Assembly: GCA_964455525.1 (NCBI GenBank)
Contig: CAYVWR010000003.1
Span: 323,475 to 387,474, forward strand
Origin: an uncultured Alphaproteobacteria bacterium
GTDB lineage: Bacteria > Bacteroidota > Ignavibacteria > OLB7
Reading direction: 5' to 3'
DNA length: 64,000 bases
The number at the start of each line of letters is the position of its first letter. Position 1 is the first letter of the stretch. Made by a program: the position numbers and the translations under genes. Below are positions 44,401 through 56,100 of this stretch, one piece after another. The notes below the pieces were generated by a model, which searched no databases, was not told the origin of the DNA, and saw only the letters and a list, made by a program, of their open reading frames with translations.

Positions 44401-47017
44401 GTCGCTTCAAGGAGAAGCCGTCAACGATCCGAATCATCCAGAATATCAGGAGATCGAGGCGATCGTTGCTGCGCTTGCCGATGAGATGGCCGATCTGAAC
44501 GATGCTCTGCTTGCTCTTCCGGAAGGAACACGGATTGATATCTGCCAGGTAGGACGCGGAGAAGGGCCGGAACGCGAGCGATCCTTGCTTGATATCTATC
44601 GCAGGCTCTGCGATGATCTCTCGCTGCCGTTGCAGGGAGCGCATGCAGGTGTGGCCACGGTGATCCGCAATGCCGGACCGGTCCTCGATGAGCTGGCCCT
44701 GGTGCTCGGCAGCGATCCTATACGGGATGCATGGCCCGATAGCGCCTTCTGCTCCGTAGTGCGTGAGGTCGTTCTTACGCTCGTTACGGCATATTCCTTT
44801 GCTGAGCATCTGTCGCCGGCTCTGCAAACAAAGCTGTACGATCTCTCGCGGGATCTGCTAGCGGCTGATACCTCTGTCTCTTCTCCCATGCTGAATCCCG
44901 GTTGCGAGCAGATCAGTGGTGAGTGGCTTTCCATGCTCCACTGTCTACGGGTGGCCTGCGTGTATCTGCCTCATCTTCCTGCCGGAATCAGAGAAGGGCT
45001 TGAGGATGACACGCTGCAGGATGCGATGGGCACACAGATCCGGAGGTTATACCGGAAGGTGCTTCTCTGGGGAGATCAGTTCGCTATGGCTACCGGCCCC
45101 GGACGTAGCACCACGGACCGATGCCGGAAGGTGCAGCTTATCACCAATTATCTGACGGGGGCGATCATCGATTTCGATCCCCGGAATGCCGACAATCGTA
45201 TCGGTCTCTTCGATGCCCACCAGACGCTTGTTACGGCGCTGGAGGATGCAGTGCTGGTGGATGCTTTGAACCGGCTCTGCCCGATTCCGGGGGATGGACC
45301 GTATGATCCATTGAAAAAACGGGAGCGAAAAAGCCGGGTGGAGCTTCTACGAGAAGTACGCTATGGTTTCAGCGGGGAGCCAAGCCCGATCGACCGTATC
45401 GTAATAGCACCGGCTGTGGGGTGCGATCCAAACGATCCTATCGACTGGAGTGCGGTTGTCGCTGAAATACACCAGATCCTGGGCGATGCCGCTGCCAGCC
45501 AGGAAGAGAAGGATGCGCTGGCAGCTTTTGTGCCCGATATGCAGGAGCTTTCATCGGAGCCGTGCAAGACCCTGATCCACCAGATCTGCTGGCAGACGCA
45601 GGCCGATCATGACTATAACAACGATCTGCCAGACGAGGAGATCGTCAGAGAGACCACAAACGATATCATCATCGGGCTGCGCGATCTGAACCAGCCCATC
45701 TGGCGCCCCAATACGATCTATGCAATACAGATCGCGACATCAGAATATGTCGATAACCATGCGATCCCATATCGCCGATTTCTAACGTACGGGTTCAAAA
45801 CCGCAGGCCCGATCGGGCATTTTCATGAGACAGGTAATGAAGTTCCGCCTCTGTACAACCAGAGTTATCAGGAGCTTCTTCAGGCGGAGAGGGAGGACGA
45901 ATTCAAGTATGCGGACCTGAAGCTCTACCTCGATTATCCCCGTTGTTATCCCAATGCCGATGGAAATATCATCGGTGCAAAACCACTGTATTATGCCAGC
46001 GCCACGCTTTCACTGTTTTATCTGAAAGATTACGTTGCGGCGATGTACGGCCGGTGGGATACGTACGGAGATCTGCCTGAGGTGCGCTCAGGACTTCAGG
46101 TGGTTGTATATGACCAGGGCATGCAGAAGGATAAGATTACCGGAGAGGCCGGAAAAATTACTGTCGATCCCGTCTGGAAGCCCGATCTGAACCCGCCAGT
46201 GGAAAAGGAATTCGAGGTGTTCAGATATATCATGAATGCCGACCCGCAGAGCAATTGCCTGGAGTTCGAGCTTTTTGCCGAGGATGCTCTGCCGAAAGCC
46301 AAACAAACTACGGTGCCGGTTGGCGTCGCATTGGAACCGCAACGGCTCTATACAGCGATGTTCAACGCCGTTCTGGAGGAGGGTGTAGGGCGAACCTATA
46401 GCCGTCCGGTACATAAATATGTATTCCAGACCTCTCGTTACCCGAACTTCGAGCAGCATATCAGGAGTTGTATTCTGAGTGTTGAAGGGGAAGCCGAGAG
46501 AACGGCCATTGTCCGGATCAAGGTGCCATCGCAGAAATCCGTGTTGCTTTCCCAGGTGCTCCTGGATGATTCTTCCGTGGAGGTGCGGGAGTTGAACAGA
46601 GAGTATGGTGATCCGCTCGAAAGGGTCATCGAAGGTGCGCTTGGGTTGAAAAATCTTCCTCCGGCTCTAACCAACGAGTTCATCATTATCAATGAGGAGG
46701 GGGGAGGGATCATCGGGGTTCTGGTCAGAAGCCCTGAACCGCTCAATGATCCGAAGCTTCCGATCGAGCAGCTCGGCCTGGGGCTTCAGACCGAAGGGTT
46801 CGGCTCTGCTCCCGTACTGGTTTTTTCAAAGGATGTGACCAGGGCATTCGTGACTGGCTTTATGAGCGGGGCGGATGTGGGGGTCGCACCGGGAATTCTA
46901 ACGTTCGTCTTTACGTACAGGCTCTTTAACGGTACGGAGTTCGCCCAGGTGGAGGCACCGCAGAATGGGCCGGCAACAAGTGTAACCATCACATTCGATA
47001 CACAGAGCATTCCCTGA
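38474..47017 (+). CDS. Giant protein (~2,848 aa) of unknown function. The C-terminal half carries Cys/Trp repeats of the type C-x2-W-x2-L-L-x-C-L-x3-C.
   Basis: Uninterrupted ORF. Example motifs: ITCIGRWYGALACLCSLC, SMSWLPMLGTLECLYRLI and ISGEWLSMLHCLRVACVYL. Start taken at MSSINSYY. Confidence 0.65.
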   Translation: MSSINSYYPPLSALADISIIPPQLDFIGHALNSLLDRIYFRDLQHSTSRGGGREFYSLTLLTYRKIGIEIPGTGIGLYLNPPDPPGSAGGTLFGTGIPLTLEYEWGIADLVRGFDLETFKPDPKTLFGLIARTMKLDTSTLAGQAIAAFAGGSLESFIGDINTWLGNENIEQILSPDAGLSDPEKIANVIGQIEDNAGVPLPEALWNVYLSSTGDAGNSAPVDQLFRPLLGGKSMLEYIGDLLAPKINASLRLKTRLEFPRTILKPLIIEQGQPHRVDENPEARSTLDFAEGTLCFNTSKGIGFDAMLDATLVPSQIGDTGLTLSFTQARLDLSTTASIPESVADGRGEDFVGVYIRDAEIGLPAFWRTKPDDERPQDLNHRARIIGRNILIGTGGLSGSFSLLTTDDEPLLETRFGATEGEPGSSGFGIALDRFDISFHQGAIVGSDIHGTLRLPVGDGDIALGVTIAVHNGGFTIAVQPDPPVSFGMDNVFSLTITKIGVGSLGSRYYLEAAGSLEILADLPGVGRIFKQPIEIGTVIIWSNGEIDFQGGSFVLNEAVRLVAGPVDFSVTAIHIGSEEGYHAGHRRHYRYFGFDGGVKTGIGGVDARGDGIKLYYTSDNTRTGLPGHIYLRLESIKVSLTIPGDATEENVALILKGWLSMKNRASGESGGAIPEYAGGVTFSLPKLGTGGGANLKMIPSIGAFLVDANLEFPSPILLGSTGLGIYGLNGIFGNKYILRKGENERWWEFYRKPDPGVNVQKFSRADGFAIGAGVSMATAGDSGEAFSSKLMFILSIPGMLAFEGRASILSTRLGLSGDEDPPFFAVLSLSEIGVEAAFGINYQRPRNSGDIFSLNAIMELGFFYGRSSAWHVNIGRDAPDTMRIGASMLKVLHGKGYLMLGSGGIKVGQSVEFKFEQDCAVARVGLYAALEVGGRASFRPLQIGGWGHVGGYAELKIFGFGFRLNVDAFLMVEAPRPFAIAGSLSLGVSPPWPFPDVNLSVGIGWTFNNERNIDEIGFIGEQEYSGSDAIEAYVQQRVHPVKAIHMISGEPFLLNYVNHHYPERTRLPSLLEEAPEIPPPDSGWIGSFDRFTLPLDSFIDIEFSKGVDPASIRRLGPIQTGRICEELVPPQKGREQQVRHRYVVDSVSLHYWSASAHSWQDYTMAQANTPLIDLLVEQGAGRSEAIALLESHLYDGFWQLSNANSYTRLRILARSPLQQNPSVELTELGFPERVLVCPPPERPLQCLDWNDVPVDTVYDAAEKISDRRLQYRISGSAATVKAARNPFGMPHSLVLPGGEQIEILFPQPVTKVSMKLTALSEQVAISYYLGYRYNPEPVRRAPNGSRIERWEISTAGGGMNDTADDLWDKLRAIPSFIRAFCSGPLRPDSVAVAALGSIMDQKFRTTNAYLRRRMGLEPAQSAAGFCERLKEMLETVIVSISGNTPAPRYLQPNLEYFYRDARHYAGKYIQAFIDAGEMVPEPPAEHNELYEKWMDLLACAGKLSQHRDMLPKHARPFIPGMIDPAVASLYIAARSSAGQWGVELNQPTDITDPVHRARYVAEFFARESLDVAVSSRLATLSLSFERLFDALESALKKVRAMLKFSREDICGGAAGSIVAYGVPEASYSGCGGASGFADIITTICMAGAPAESPALDRISALIDEGVSTVVAIENYFGWPDSTTGTDLCSKLRRTLRAISVACSGLGALPASLRSRVRKLYGTLLVHLGEYRKDTRGFDPAGPDEAIITCIGRWYGALACLCSLCNDFDALHAQDERPYFISTVDPELDSLYNAIAGELASGDTIITGSGVSNDLCEQLSVIAVFLNALAMRCEDPMLTTSDMLGWLSGEAKTDFASAHAALTGPGGALEEFSTIFCEGTGNGNSMSWLPMLGTLECLYRLISRSAYLPQDILGRINADFSNNSSNDLSDPLYTIMKKVYQPGVGDPADPLVPSALPPAEQNLYKLDYILPRLYLKSLQGEAVNDPNHPEYQEIEAIVAALADEMADLNDALLALPEGTRIDICQVGRGEGPERERSLLDIYRRLCDDLSLPLQGAHAGVATVIRNAGPVLDELALVLGSDPIRDAWPDSAFCSVVREVVLTLVTAYSFAEHLSPALQTKLYDLSRDLLAADTSVSSPMLNPGCEQISGEWLSMLHCLRVACVYLPHLPAGIREGLEDDTLQDAMGTQIRRLYRKVLLWGDQFAMATGPGRSTTDRCRKVQLITNYLTGAIIDFDPRNADNRIGLFDAHQTLVTALEDAVLVDALNRLCPIPGDGPYDPLKKRERKSRVELLREVRYGFSGEPSPIDRIVIAPAVGCDPNDPIDWSAVVAEIHQILGDAAASQEEKDALAAFVPDMQELSSEPCKTLIHQICWQTQADHDYNNDLPDEEIVRETTNDIIIGLRDLNQPIWRPNTIYAIQIATSEYVDNHAIPYRRFLTYGFKTAGPIGHFHETGNEVPPLYNQSYQELLQAEREDEFKYADLKLYLDYPRCYPNADGNIIGAKPLYYASATLSLFYLKDYVAAMYGRWDTYGDLPEVRSGLQVVVYDQGMQKDKITGEAGKITVDPVWKPDLNPPVEKEFEVFRYIMNADPQSNCLEFELFAEDALPKAKQTTVPVGVALEPQRLYTAMFNAVLEEGVGRTYSRPVHKYVFQTSRYPNFEQHIRSCILSVEGEAERTAIVRIKVPSQKSVLLSQVLLDDSSVEVRELNREYGDPLERVIEGALGLKNLPPALTNEFIIINEEGGGIIGVLVRSPEPLNDPKLPIEQLGLGLQTEGFGSAPVLVFSKDVTRAFVTGFMSGADVGVAPGILTFVFTYRLFNGTEFAQVEAPQNGPATSVTITFDTQSIP

Positions 47018-47152
47018 CCGGGCATAGATGTTATGGAGCGGTGGTATCCCATATGCCACCGCTCTGCACGCCCGTGCTTTACAGGTGCTCCAACGTGGAT
47101 AAGGCCGCTATCGGCCAAGTAAGAGCTATCACTTCATATTATCATTCTTATT

Positions 47153-50100
47153 ATGTCGCAACAACAATCGATAGTGTTATCGTTCAGCAATATTGAATAT
47201 CAAGGCGGATTTGTCGGAAATAACTTCACCATCACTATACAGGTGGCTGCTGCGCGAAGTGGTGGCGGATCTCTGGGAACCGAATCGACACTCATCTCGT
47301 TGCCGATCACACAAGACACAAACCTGGACCATTACAGGATCGCAATGGCGGTGCCGTATCAACCGGCCGTAACCACCATATTTACTGTAGATATTAGCAT
47401 AACCGGCACCGGATCAGGTGCCAGTTCGAGCGGAAGCGCACAATCATCGATTCCGCTTTCGGCTGGCATATCCAGCCGTAGCGATGTCATTGCCGTTCCG
47501 GTTGCCAGAACCGGTGGGGGGCCTGGACCCGGTCCCGGCGGAAATGCAATCCTCAAGCTTTCCTTCGACACGATCGTTCGGGATGCGCCAGTCTGTTACC
47601 GGATGGATTGGCTGTGCCAGACCCGGAACACCATCCCTGTTGTTATGGGCTGGCTTTGCCAGGGAACCGGTTTCACCGTATCCCCCGATGGTCCTGCATT
47701 CTCTGGCCTGCAATCGGTGATCGAACTGGATGCCCTTCTCAAGAAACATATGCCCGGTCTGAACTGGCTCAACAGCCAGCTTTCCCTGGGATACTCTCCT
47801 ACAGGCCCGGATATGATGGGCCAGGCCGATTACGCCACCAGTATAACGCTTGCTGCAGCCCCCCAGGCCATGAGCCTGTCTTTGAGCCAGGCTCATGGCC
47901 TGAGCGGATTTTATCAGGATTTTACCACAAAGATAGGGAATTATGCTGGGGAGGTCTATCACCGGCTTCCCCAGCCTGAGCCGACTCTCTGTGCAGCGTG
48001 GCAAACCCTGCTGAACTGCTTTTGCAGGTTTTGCACTACTATGTCCGACTATCCAAGCCAGGATGTTGATCTCTGGACAAATCAGGCTGCCGGGGTGGTG
48101 CACGATGCCTATCAGGAGTTCGTACTCATCGCTGCCGCCGAGGGGATGGCGTATGCCATAAACCCGAATATCACCGATATCTGCGGAAAACTTGCTGAGC
48201 TTGTCGGGTTCTGGGCCTGGTGGTGCAGGAATTGCCCACGTCTCCAGATCACCTGGGGAAGTACCGTTCAGCCATATTATGATAGCCTTTATTCCATTGC
48301 TTCTCAAATGAGCTTCTGGGATGAGGCGGATCAGTTCGATTTCTGCGAGCCTCTGGCAAAGGGTCTTTGCGAGCGCTGGTTTGCCGGACTTGGATGTATC
48401 GAGCGCTTATGCGATCGGATGGACTATCTGCCGGGAACTGTCCTTACCACTCTCGAAAATTCATTCGGTGCGATACTCTACGCCGCGCTCTACGGGGTGG
48501 AATATAATCAGACCTCCTCTCAGGGAACCAGCTTCTGTTTTCAGATCGAGCGTCTGAAGCTCTATCTGGGATTGGTCTGTAGCAGCGGATCTATCCTTGG
48601 TGATGATCGTAGAGAAGAACTGGAAACTCTGATCGGCCAGCTCGAAGATGCCTACGGCAGCTTTCCCTACAGGAATCTCTGTGCCGAGGTGGACTGCGCG
48701 GAGTGGAGCCGCATTCTCTCCTGTCTGAATAGGATCTGCCAGAGAAAATCGGAGCTTTCGTTGAACGATGCCATCTGGCTGAGCGATCATTTCGCGGAGA
48801 TCGTTGATGATCTCTATTATGCGGTGGAGTCGCTGATGACACCGGCAACTCCTCCCTCTTCCGGAGGGAACGGGCTGGAGCTGATGTGCTGGAAGCTGGA
48901 TCGTATCGGTGGGTATGTCGAGGCCATCTGTTGCAGCGGGGAACCGTTCGATCCGGTCCTGAACGCACGTCTTTCCATGTTTCAGAGCGCGTTTGCAGAT
49001 TTGAATCTGCATGCTCCCGGAATCTGCGCCGATTGCGACCGCTGGCTTCCGATGCTGGAGTGCCTTGGCGCGATATGCGACAACAAGGGGATGGTGCCAC
49101 CGGATCTCGCCGAAAGCATCGCGGAGCTTTTCAGCCCCCCGATCCATGCCATCTATACATGGCTGCCGGATGATGGGAGCAACGAGGTGGCGCCGCCGCT
49201 GGAACCGCTCGGGCTTGATCCTCTCTGCTGGCGCTTGCAGAAAGTGCTGGCATGGTTCAACGATCTCTGCGCTGGTACCGAGGTGATGGATCCGGTGCTT
49301 CGGCAGAATCTGGAGGCTGCTCATTTCACTCTCACGGTTGCATTCGACGCGCTTGGGGAGGTAGAGAAGTGGCGGAATATCTGTGACCAGACCTCTGCGG
49401 TTTCGGGAGAATTGTGCGCTCGCTGGGTTCCGCTGCTCGCCTGTTTGCATGCTGCATGTGGCAATGCTCTTCTTCCATCGGCCATGCGGGATGCCATCCT
49501 GGCGGAGTTCGGGGAAATAATCGATCTGCTGGATTGGCTGCTTGGCACCCCGGATGGGTATTACGAGCCTCCGATTGAGATATCGATGAGCGATTTCTGC
49601 ATGAAGCTGGCTCGGGTACAACAGAAGATACATCAGATTTGTTCCAATCAGATCGCGGTCCATCCGATACTTCTGCTACGTCTGGAACATGAGCTTGAAC
49701 ATGCGCTGCCTGCCTTCAACACGCTTCTGGCTGCATATCCCAGTATCTGTGCAGGGGAGGAATTCTGTCACGACTGGATGCGTATCCTGGAATGCCTGTC
49801 GCGGTTGTGCGGCCAGCAGAATCTCCTCGGCGGGGATCTGATAGCACGGCTGATAACAAATTTCGGCAAGATCATCCATGACGCCTATCGCCGCGTCATG
49901 GGGCAGGAGCCGGAGGTGATCCCTGGTTATACCATCGAGATCCTCTGCTCCGATGCAAGTGCTCTGCTTGAGTGGTTTGTAGACTATTGCGGATGCGGAG
50001 TTGGGATAACAGCCGGGCTGAGAGATGATCTGAGCGTCTATCTCGCCCAGCTTCAACTTGCCTATGATGGCCTTCATCCCTGCAAGAGCGATTGTGCCAC

Positions 50101-53100
50101 TACCTCGGTCGATCTGACAACCGGAACGCAGCCGGGCGGATATAAGGTGGACTGGATCATCACCGATACCAGCCTTGCCATATCTCTTCCCCGCCCTGCT
50201 ATCGATATCGATGGCCCATCGGCGCCATACCAGGGTTCGGCGTGGGTTTTTGCTGTTGGCGATGATGTTCAGGTGCCGGATGGTATGACGATTCTGGATC
50301 GGTACTTCTGCCTGCGGGACGCTGCGGATATCACGGTAGATCTCCTCTTCCAGGCCAGTGATCCGGTGTTGATCTGGATCAATGACCAGCTCCTGGTCGA
50401 TCTTCTCGACGAAGGTTCGATTGTCAGGCAGACGGTTCATCTCGCCGCCGGCCGACATCGGGTAAGGGTGAAGGTGGTGCATGCGGTGCCGGGATATCAT
50501 AAGGGGTTTAATGCCCAGGGAAGTATTACCACCTCGTTGCCTGCTCTGGTCAGGGATGAGTGCTGCGATGCGATGGGAGCCTCCGTGCCCGGCACACTGC
50601 TGAAAAAACTCTGCTGCGATTCCTGGATCGACTGTGGCAGGCTCTATGAATTTTCGGCCCTTGCCAGGATTCTCTGTGGTGCCAGCCGCGAGCCGAACGA
50701 CCCGTTCTTCGATCTCCCTTCGATAGGGGTGGCCAATACGCTGATGGTGGATTTTGAAGCGACGACGCTACAGGATCTGCTCGTGCTTCTGGAGATCAAT
50801 GGCAATCCGCCGCTTGGGATCGAGCCGGTCGGCACCGGCTTCTGCGATCGTCTGAGGTTCATTCTGCAGAATCTGATTTTTGCCTATTCCAATCCTGCGC
50901 TGCTGACACCGTTGCTGCGGTACAGGATCGAATGTTTTTACACCAGGTTGCTCGATGGCATTGCGGCTGATGCCGAATTGTTGATCGACCCACCGGCCGA
51001 CTGCTCTCCCTGCGAGGATATCTGTCTCAGATGGCTCGATCTGCTGCGCTGCCTGTGCGCCCTCTGCGCCGATGAAGAATCGGTGGCTATCGGGTTATTT
51101 GAAACACTGGTATGCGGAGCCAATGGTCTCTATAATTATCTCTATCCCGGCGGCTCTGCCGTGCCGGTTCCGGTATATCCTGTGCCATATCCGCCCGAGG
51201 CGCCCGTTACCTGCTGTGATATAGTGCGGAGAACCTATACGTTCTTTGCCCTCCTCTGCCTGGAGTGCGGGAGCGTTCCGGCGGATATGGCCGCTGAGTT
51301 GGAACTTCGCTACGCTGATTTTCATGCCCAACTCCAGGTGCTCCGTGCCACATCACAGGGAACTGCTCCCGATCTCTGCTATGACCGTTGCGGCTACTGG
51401 CAGCCGAAGCTTGAATGCCTGATGAATCTCTGCCTGCGGGTTCCCGATCTGCCGAGCGATGTGCGCGATGCCTTTGGCGATCTGCTCAGCAGGCATGTGA
51501 GGCCGCTGTTCGATCTGCTGCGTGGAGAGGCTTCCTTCGATAATCCATTTGAGCCTCATGTCATAGGCGATACCTGCTGGCAACTGTTCCAGATATGCCG
51601 GATGATGCATCTGCATTGCTCGCCGCTGAATCTATGGTCGCGCGATCTGATGCAGGAGATTGATGGGTTTCGGCATGCGTTCGATGCCGACTATGCCGTC
51701 GTTATGTCATTGCTCGGAACAAAGGATATCCCCGCATGTTATTTCAGAGACCGATCGTGCGAAGTTCTGCAGGCGATCCCGGATTTCTATCGTCTCTTCT
51801 GTTCCGATGTGCCCGATCTACAGCATATGCCTGTCAGGCAGCTCGACACCTTGACGGCCGGGCATGGGCTGGAAATACGGATGCTACAGTATCATACGGG
51901 CGCGCCGAACACGGCTTATCAAACAGCCGGAGGCTTCTGCCAGCGATTCGGTTCGTTTCTGGGGATTCTTGCGGCGGCATTCGGACACTATGGGCAATTG
52001 GCTCCGGCGTACAGGCTTGCTGCCGACCTGCTCTACACTGCCGTGGATATCCTCGCTGCCGAGTACCGCATGCTGGTACCGGAACGAGTCGTCCCGGCTT
52101 CTACGGCGATGAGCCGGTATCGCGATACATGGCTGGATCTGCTCGGCTGCCTCTGTGCGATATGCGGATATGTGAAAGGGCTGAGCGATCAGGAGAAAGA
52201 GACACAGGAGAATCAGGAAATCCTTTCCTATTTCGATCCTGTGTCGGCTCTGATGATGGCCGTCGATGAGCTGTATGATGGTATCGTGCCGCTGGCAGCT
52301 CAGCATGATCTGCCACTCCCTTCCGGGATCTGTGTTGCAGGGGATGGCTGCACGCGTGTCGGGGGGGCCATGAGCTTTTTCTCCATGCTCGGCCTTTCCT
52401 CGGCAGATGTGCCAGCCGACCTTGTGGCTCTGCTGAAAAGCATTCTGAAGGATCTTAGAGAAGAGATCGCGCCACTTCGGGGGTATCTTGCCAGCATCGG
52501 ACGTGATCTCTGCCGCCAGGAGAATCCCGACTTTGTCGCAGTGCAGTCGTCGCATCTGTACATCCAGGCGGCGGGGTCCACCGGCGCCGATGGCAGCTCC
52601 CCCGGAATTCATCTTCGTTGGAGTCTGCTGGGAGAAGATCTTGGGGAGCGTCATCTTCCAAAGGGAAATCTGGCATCTCCCGGTTCCGAATATTATGGGG
52701 CGAATGGCTATAACAAGGCCGGTGATTTTGTGCGAATCTACCGGACCCCATATAAGCAGAAGTTTGCGGCCATCATCGATCTCAATGAAACGATGCCGGT
52801 GGCGGTCATTCCGGGGAATGCCTATACGCCGTGGCGGCTGGACTATCATGATATCCTCACCGATCCTCTCTTTCCCGATTCCGGGACGACGGTAGGGCTG
52901 CTTCTGTTGGACCCATACGCCGGGTCGATCGAGATACCCGAGCCGGGGTCGCCCGATTTTACGGAGTATGTGCAGGATATCTTTGCAACGTATAACGGCG
53001 CATTTGAACTTGATACGCCGCTCAAGCTGATATTTGGTTTTGAAGTCATACCACCACATTCTGCTACAGGAATATCGACACAGTTCGAGGCCATCTCCCA

Positions 53101-56100
53101 CATCGGTGATCCGAGCCTCCATTCTACTGATATTCTTACCTGCCGGAAGACGATCGCCGAAGGGGATAAACCGCATAAGATCTACAGCGAGCATATCCGA
53201 TCGGTGCGCTTCAAGCCTGTCAACTATAAGCCGGTACAATTGATCGTCGAAACATATCACGATTATCATACGGCAATCAAACGCCGATTCCTCTGGGAGC
53301 ATATCGGTGATTTTGGGCTTTCCACCGATACCGGCGAGGTATTTCGCCGTCTGGAGGATGCGCCGAGATATGTGGTGCACAACCGCTGGCCGAAATATTC
53401 TTCATCGGACAGCAGTTCCAATGAAGCTACGCCGCAGAAGGTGAATGTCGATACGTACAAGGACCGATGGAGTCCGAATCGTGAGTTCTTGCCGAACGGC
53501 GATCCCAATCCCGGTTATGATCCGGCGCGTCCGGATTATCTGCGCGATCCGCAGCAGTCGCTTCGCTGGGCCATCGAAACGTATCTCGATGAAAGCCGGG
53601 ATCCGGCAAAACTTGAGGCCTGGATCGATCAGCCATCGCTTGGAGATGGCGATCAGAGCTATATCAGCATCAGCCTTCTTGCCATGCTCCGATTCGCGGC
53701 CCAGGATTATCATGTTGCCCGCATGCTTGGGCTGGGCCATATCGATTGGGAGGTTCCGATGCAGCAGGATTCATCGGAACAACAATATGTCTATCTGGCG
53801 GAGTATATAACGCTGCCGAACAGCACCATGCCAAATTCTATGATACACCGGTCGCTGTCGCTCCCCACGGGGCGCTCCGATCATCGCCTCCCGGTAACGC
53901 CGGAGATTCTGAACCTGGAGCCAGGTCTGGCATCCGATCTTACCGATGAGCAGGGATATACACGGTTCGGTGACAGCCGTTTTATCAAGGTCAACCGCAA
54001 GGATCTGATGTTCGATCTTCCGGCCGTAACCGAATTTTTTGCAGGGACGGAGGAGTTCAGCCGTGGTGATAATACTCGTCCGGTATTCTATGGGGTGAAA
54101 TTCAGCGTCAAGGACCCTGCCGATCCTACCGTATGGATGATTGATCCGAGCAATGACGCCGGAGAAAATCCGCCCATCGGATACAGGCCATACAAGGACC
54201 CGGCCGGCGAGCCGGAAATCATACCAGTTCCCGATACAGGGAATCCTCTCTTTATCCACAGAATAGAGCGGCGTGAAGAACACACCGGAGTTCATCGCTA
54301 CGGCATGTATGGCATCAACTGGTTTTCGCGTGCCTCTGCTGTCAGCGAAAGCACCAATACGGTCGAGAATACATTTCCTGTCAGGAATACTCTGCTCCCT
54401 CCATTAAATCTGACGGCGCAGTATATCCAGAAGGAGCAGGCACTGATGTTCACCTCGGCAGCCGAGCAGAACCCGGTAAACGGCCTTCTCGGAAAATCCA
54501 GGGTTACGTTCGACTGGAATCATATCCATACTATCGCCTATCAGGAGGCGGAGTATGTGGATTTCTATTTCCGGAATACCGCACCGGAGATGATTAAAGG
54601 AAGGGTGAAGTATGTGGAATCCGCGCTCGATGGAGCCACTGCCAGAGTGACTCTTGAAGCATACCAGGAGTCACAGGGAACGATCATCGATCCAAACGAT
54701 CCCGATAAGCCGGTTTTCCAGAATCCAGATCGTTTTGTCGGTGGTATGTTCGTTACAGATCAACGGAAATATATCGTCGCGGATATCATCCTGGTTCTCT
54801 CCGGGCCTGCTGCGCCGGTTGCCGTCTTCGAGCTGCAAGGTGTTATGGAGGCTACGCCGGATGGGCCTCCAGGTGCAATGCTTCCGGTGCTTCCGGTTGC
54901 CGGGACGATTGTGGTGATTCAGGAAAATGCTTCCGCTTCCTCCCGGTGGACCGCTCTTCCGGAGAACCGGATCAAGCTGGCGAGGTTCAATATTGCTCCA
55001 TATGCCTCGGGCACTTCTGGTTCGCCGACAGCGCTCTATAGCGAGAGCATCCGGGAGAATGACAGGTATGTACGGTATGCGATGGGAGGGCTGGCCGACC
55101 CTGCTGTATCGGTGCAGCGGGATAGCACTCCCGGTATGCTGGAGAATATCTTTACCCTCACATTTTCCAGCGCAGTGCTGTATCCATACAGTGCCCAGTT
55201 CCCTGAGTACTCCAATGTCGATTTCTATAAGGGGACTGCGCGTGTTCATCTGCCGGATGAAGGCGTACGGCAGGTGGAGGTCCTCAAGATCCATTCATAC
55301 GATCCTCTGGTTCTGTATGTATACGATCCAGAAGGAGAAATTGCTCCACAGAACGGAAGTGTCATCAGGTCTGTCAATTTCCATCCATCCTACAGGGTCT
55401 ATCTCGATCTGGGGGCGGATGGCATAACGACTGATGATATTGAGCCGCAGGGGGGAGCGCAGACCAGGACGACATTGCTTGCAGCACGTTCGGTGGATAC
55501 CACCACCTGCGCCGGGGCGATCTTCAGGTCGCCGCTGGCTACCGCCCCGCATAGCGCACGTTTGATGATCGAGGCAAAGACGCCGAACGACCCGGTTGGG
55601 CCGGAGTTTGCCACGCGCCCCGATTATTACGGCAAATCGACCTATACGTTTGACACCCGTATCGCTCTGCGGCCGGTGATGGAGCCATACGGCATGATGT
55701 TCTATCGGTGCGATGAACAGGCAGTTCTGGCAGCGTTATATACAAGTGCCACCATCGCGGAGATAGGTGCCGCCCTGGCTGGCAGGGAGGGGGAGGCATC
55801 GTACGCCGACCGGTGGAGGGGGCTTGTGAATGGAACCCTTGTCGGGGGAGCATTCGAGATATTCGATGGCTACGGATTCCCGCTTCCTGATAATCCGGAT
55901 ACCTTTATCCCTACTCCCGCAAATCCGTCAACCCTGCGCTACCCCTTTCTCTCTGGAACGCCAACCGCAGAGGACATCCGGGATGTGATCGATACTGTGT
56001 TCCTTCCGCTGACGGAATATCCCGTTATCGTGGGTCTGGTCGGGATTGATGATACCCTTCGGACATCGAGCAAGAAGCCGGTGATACGGAAGGATGACCC

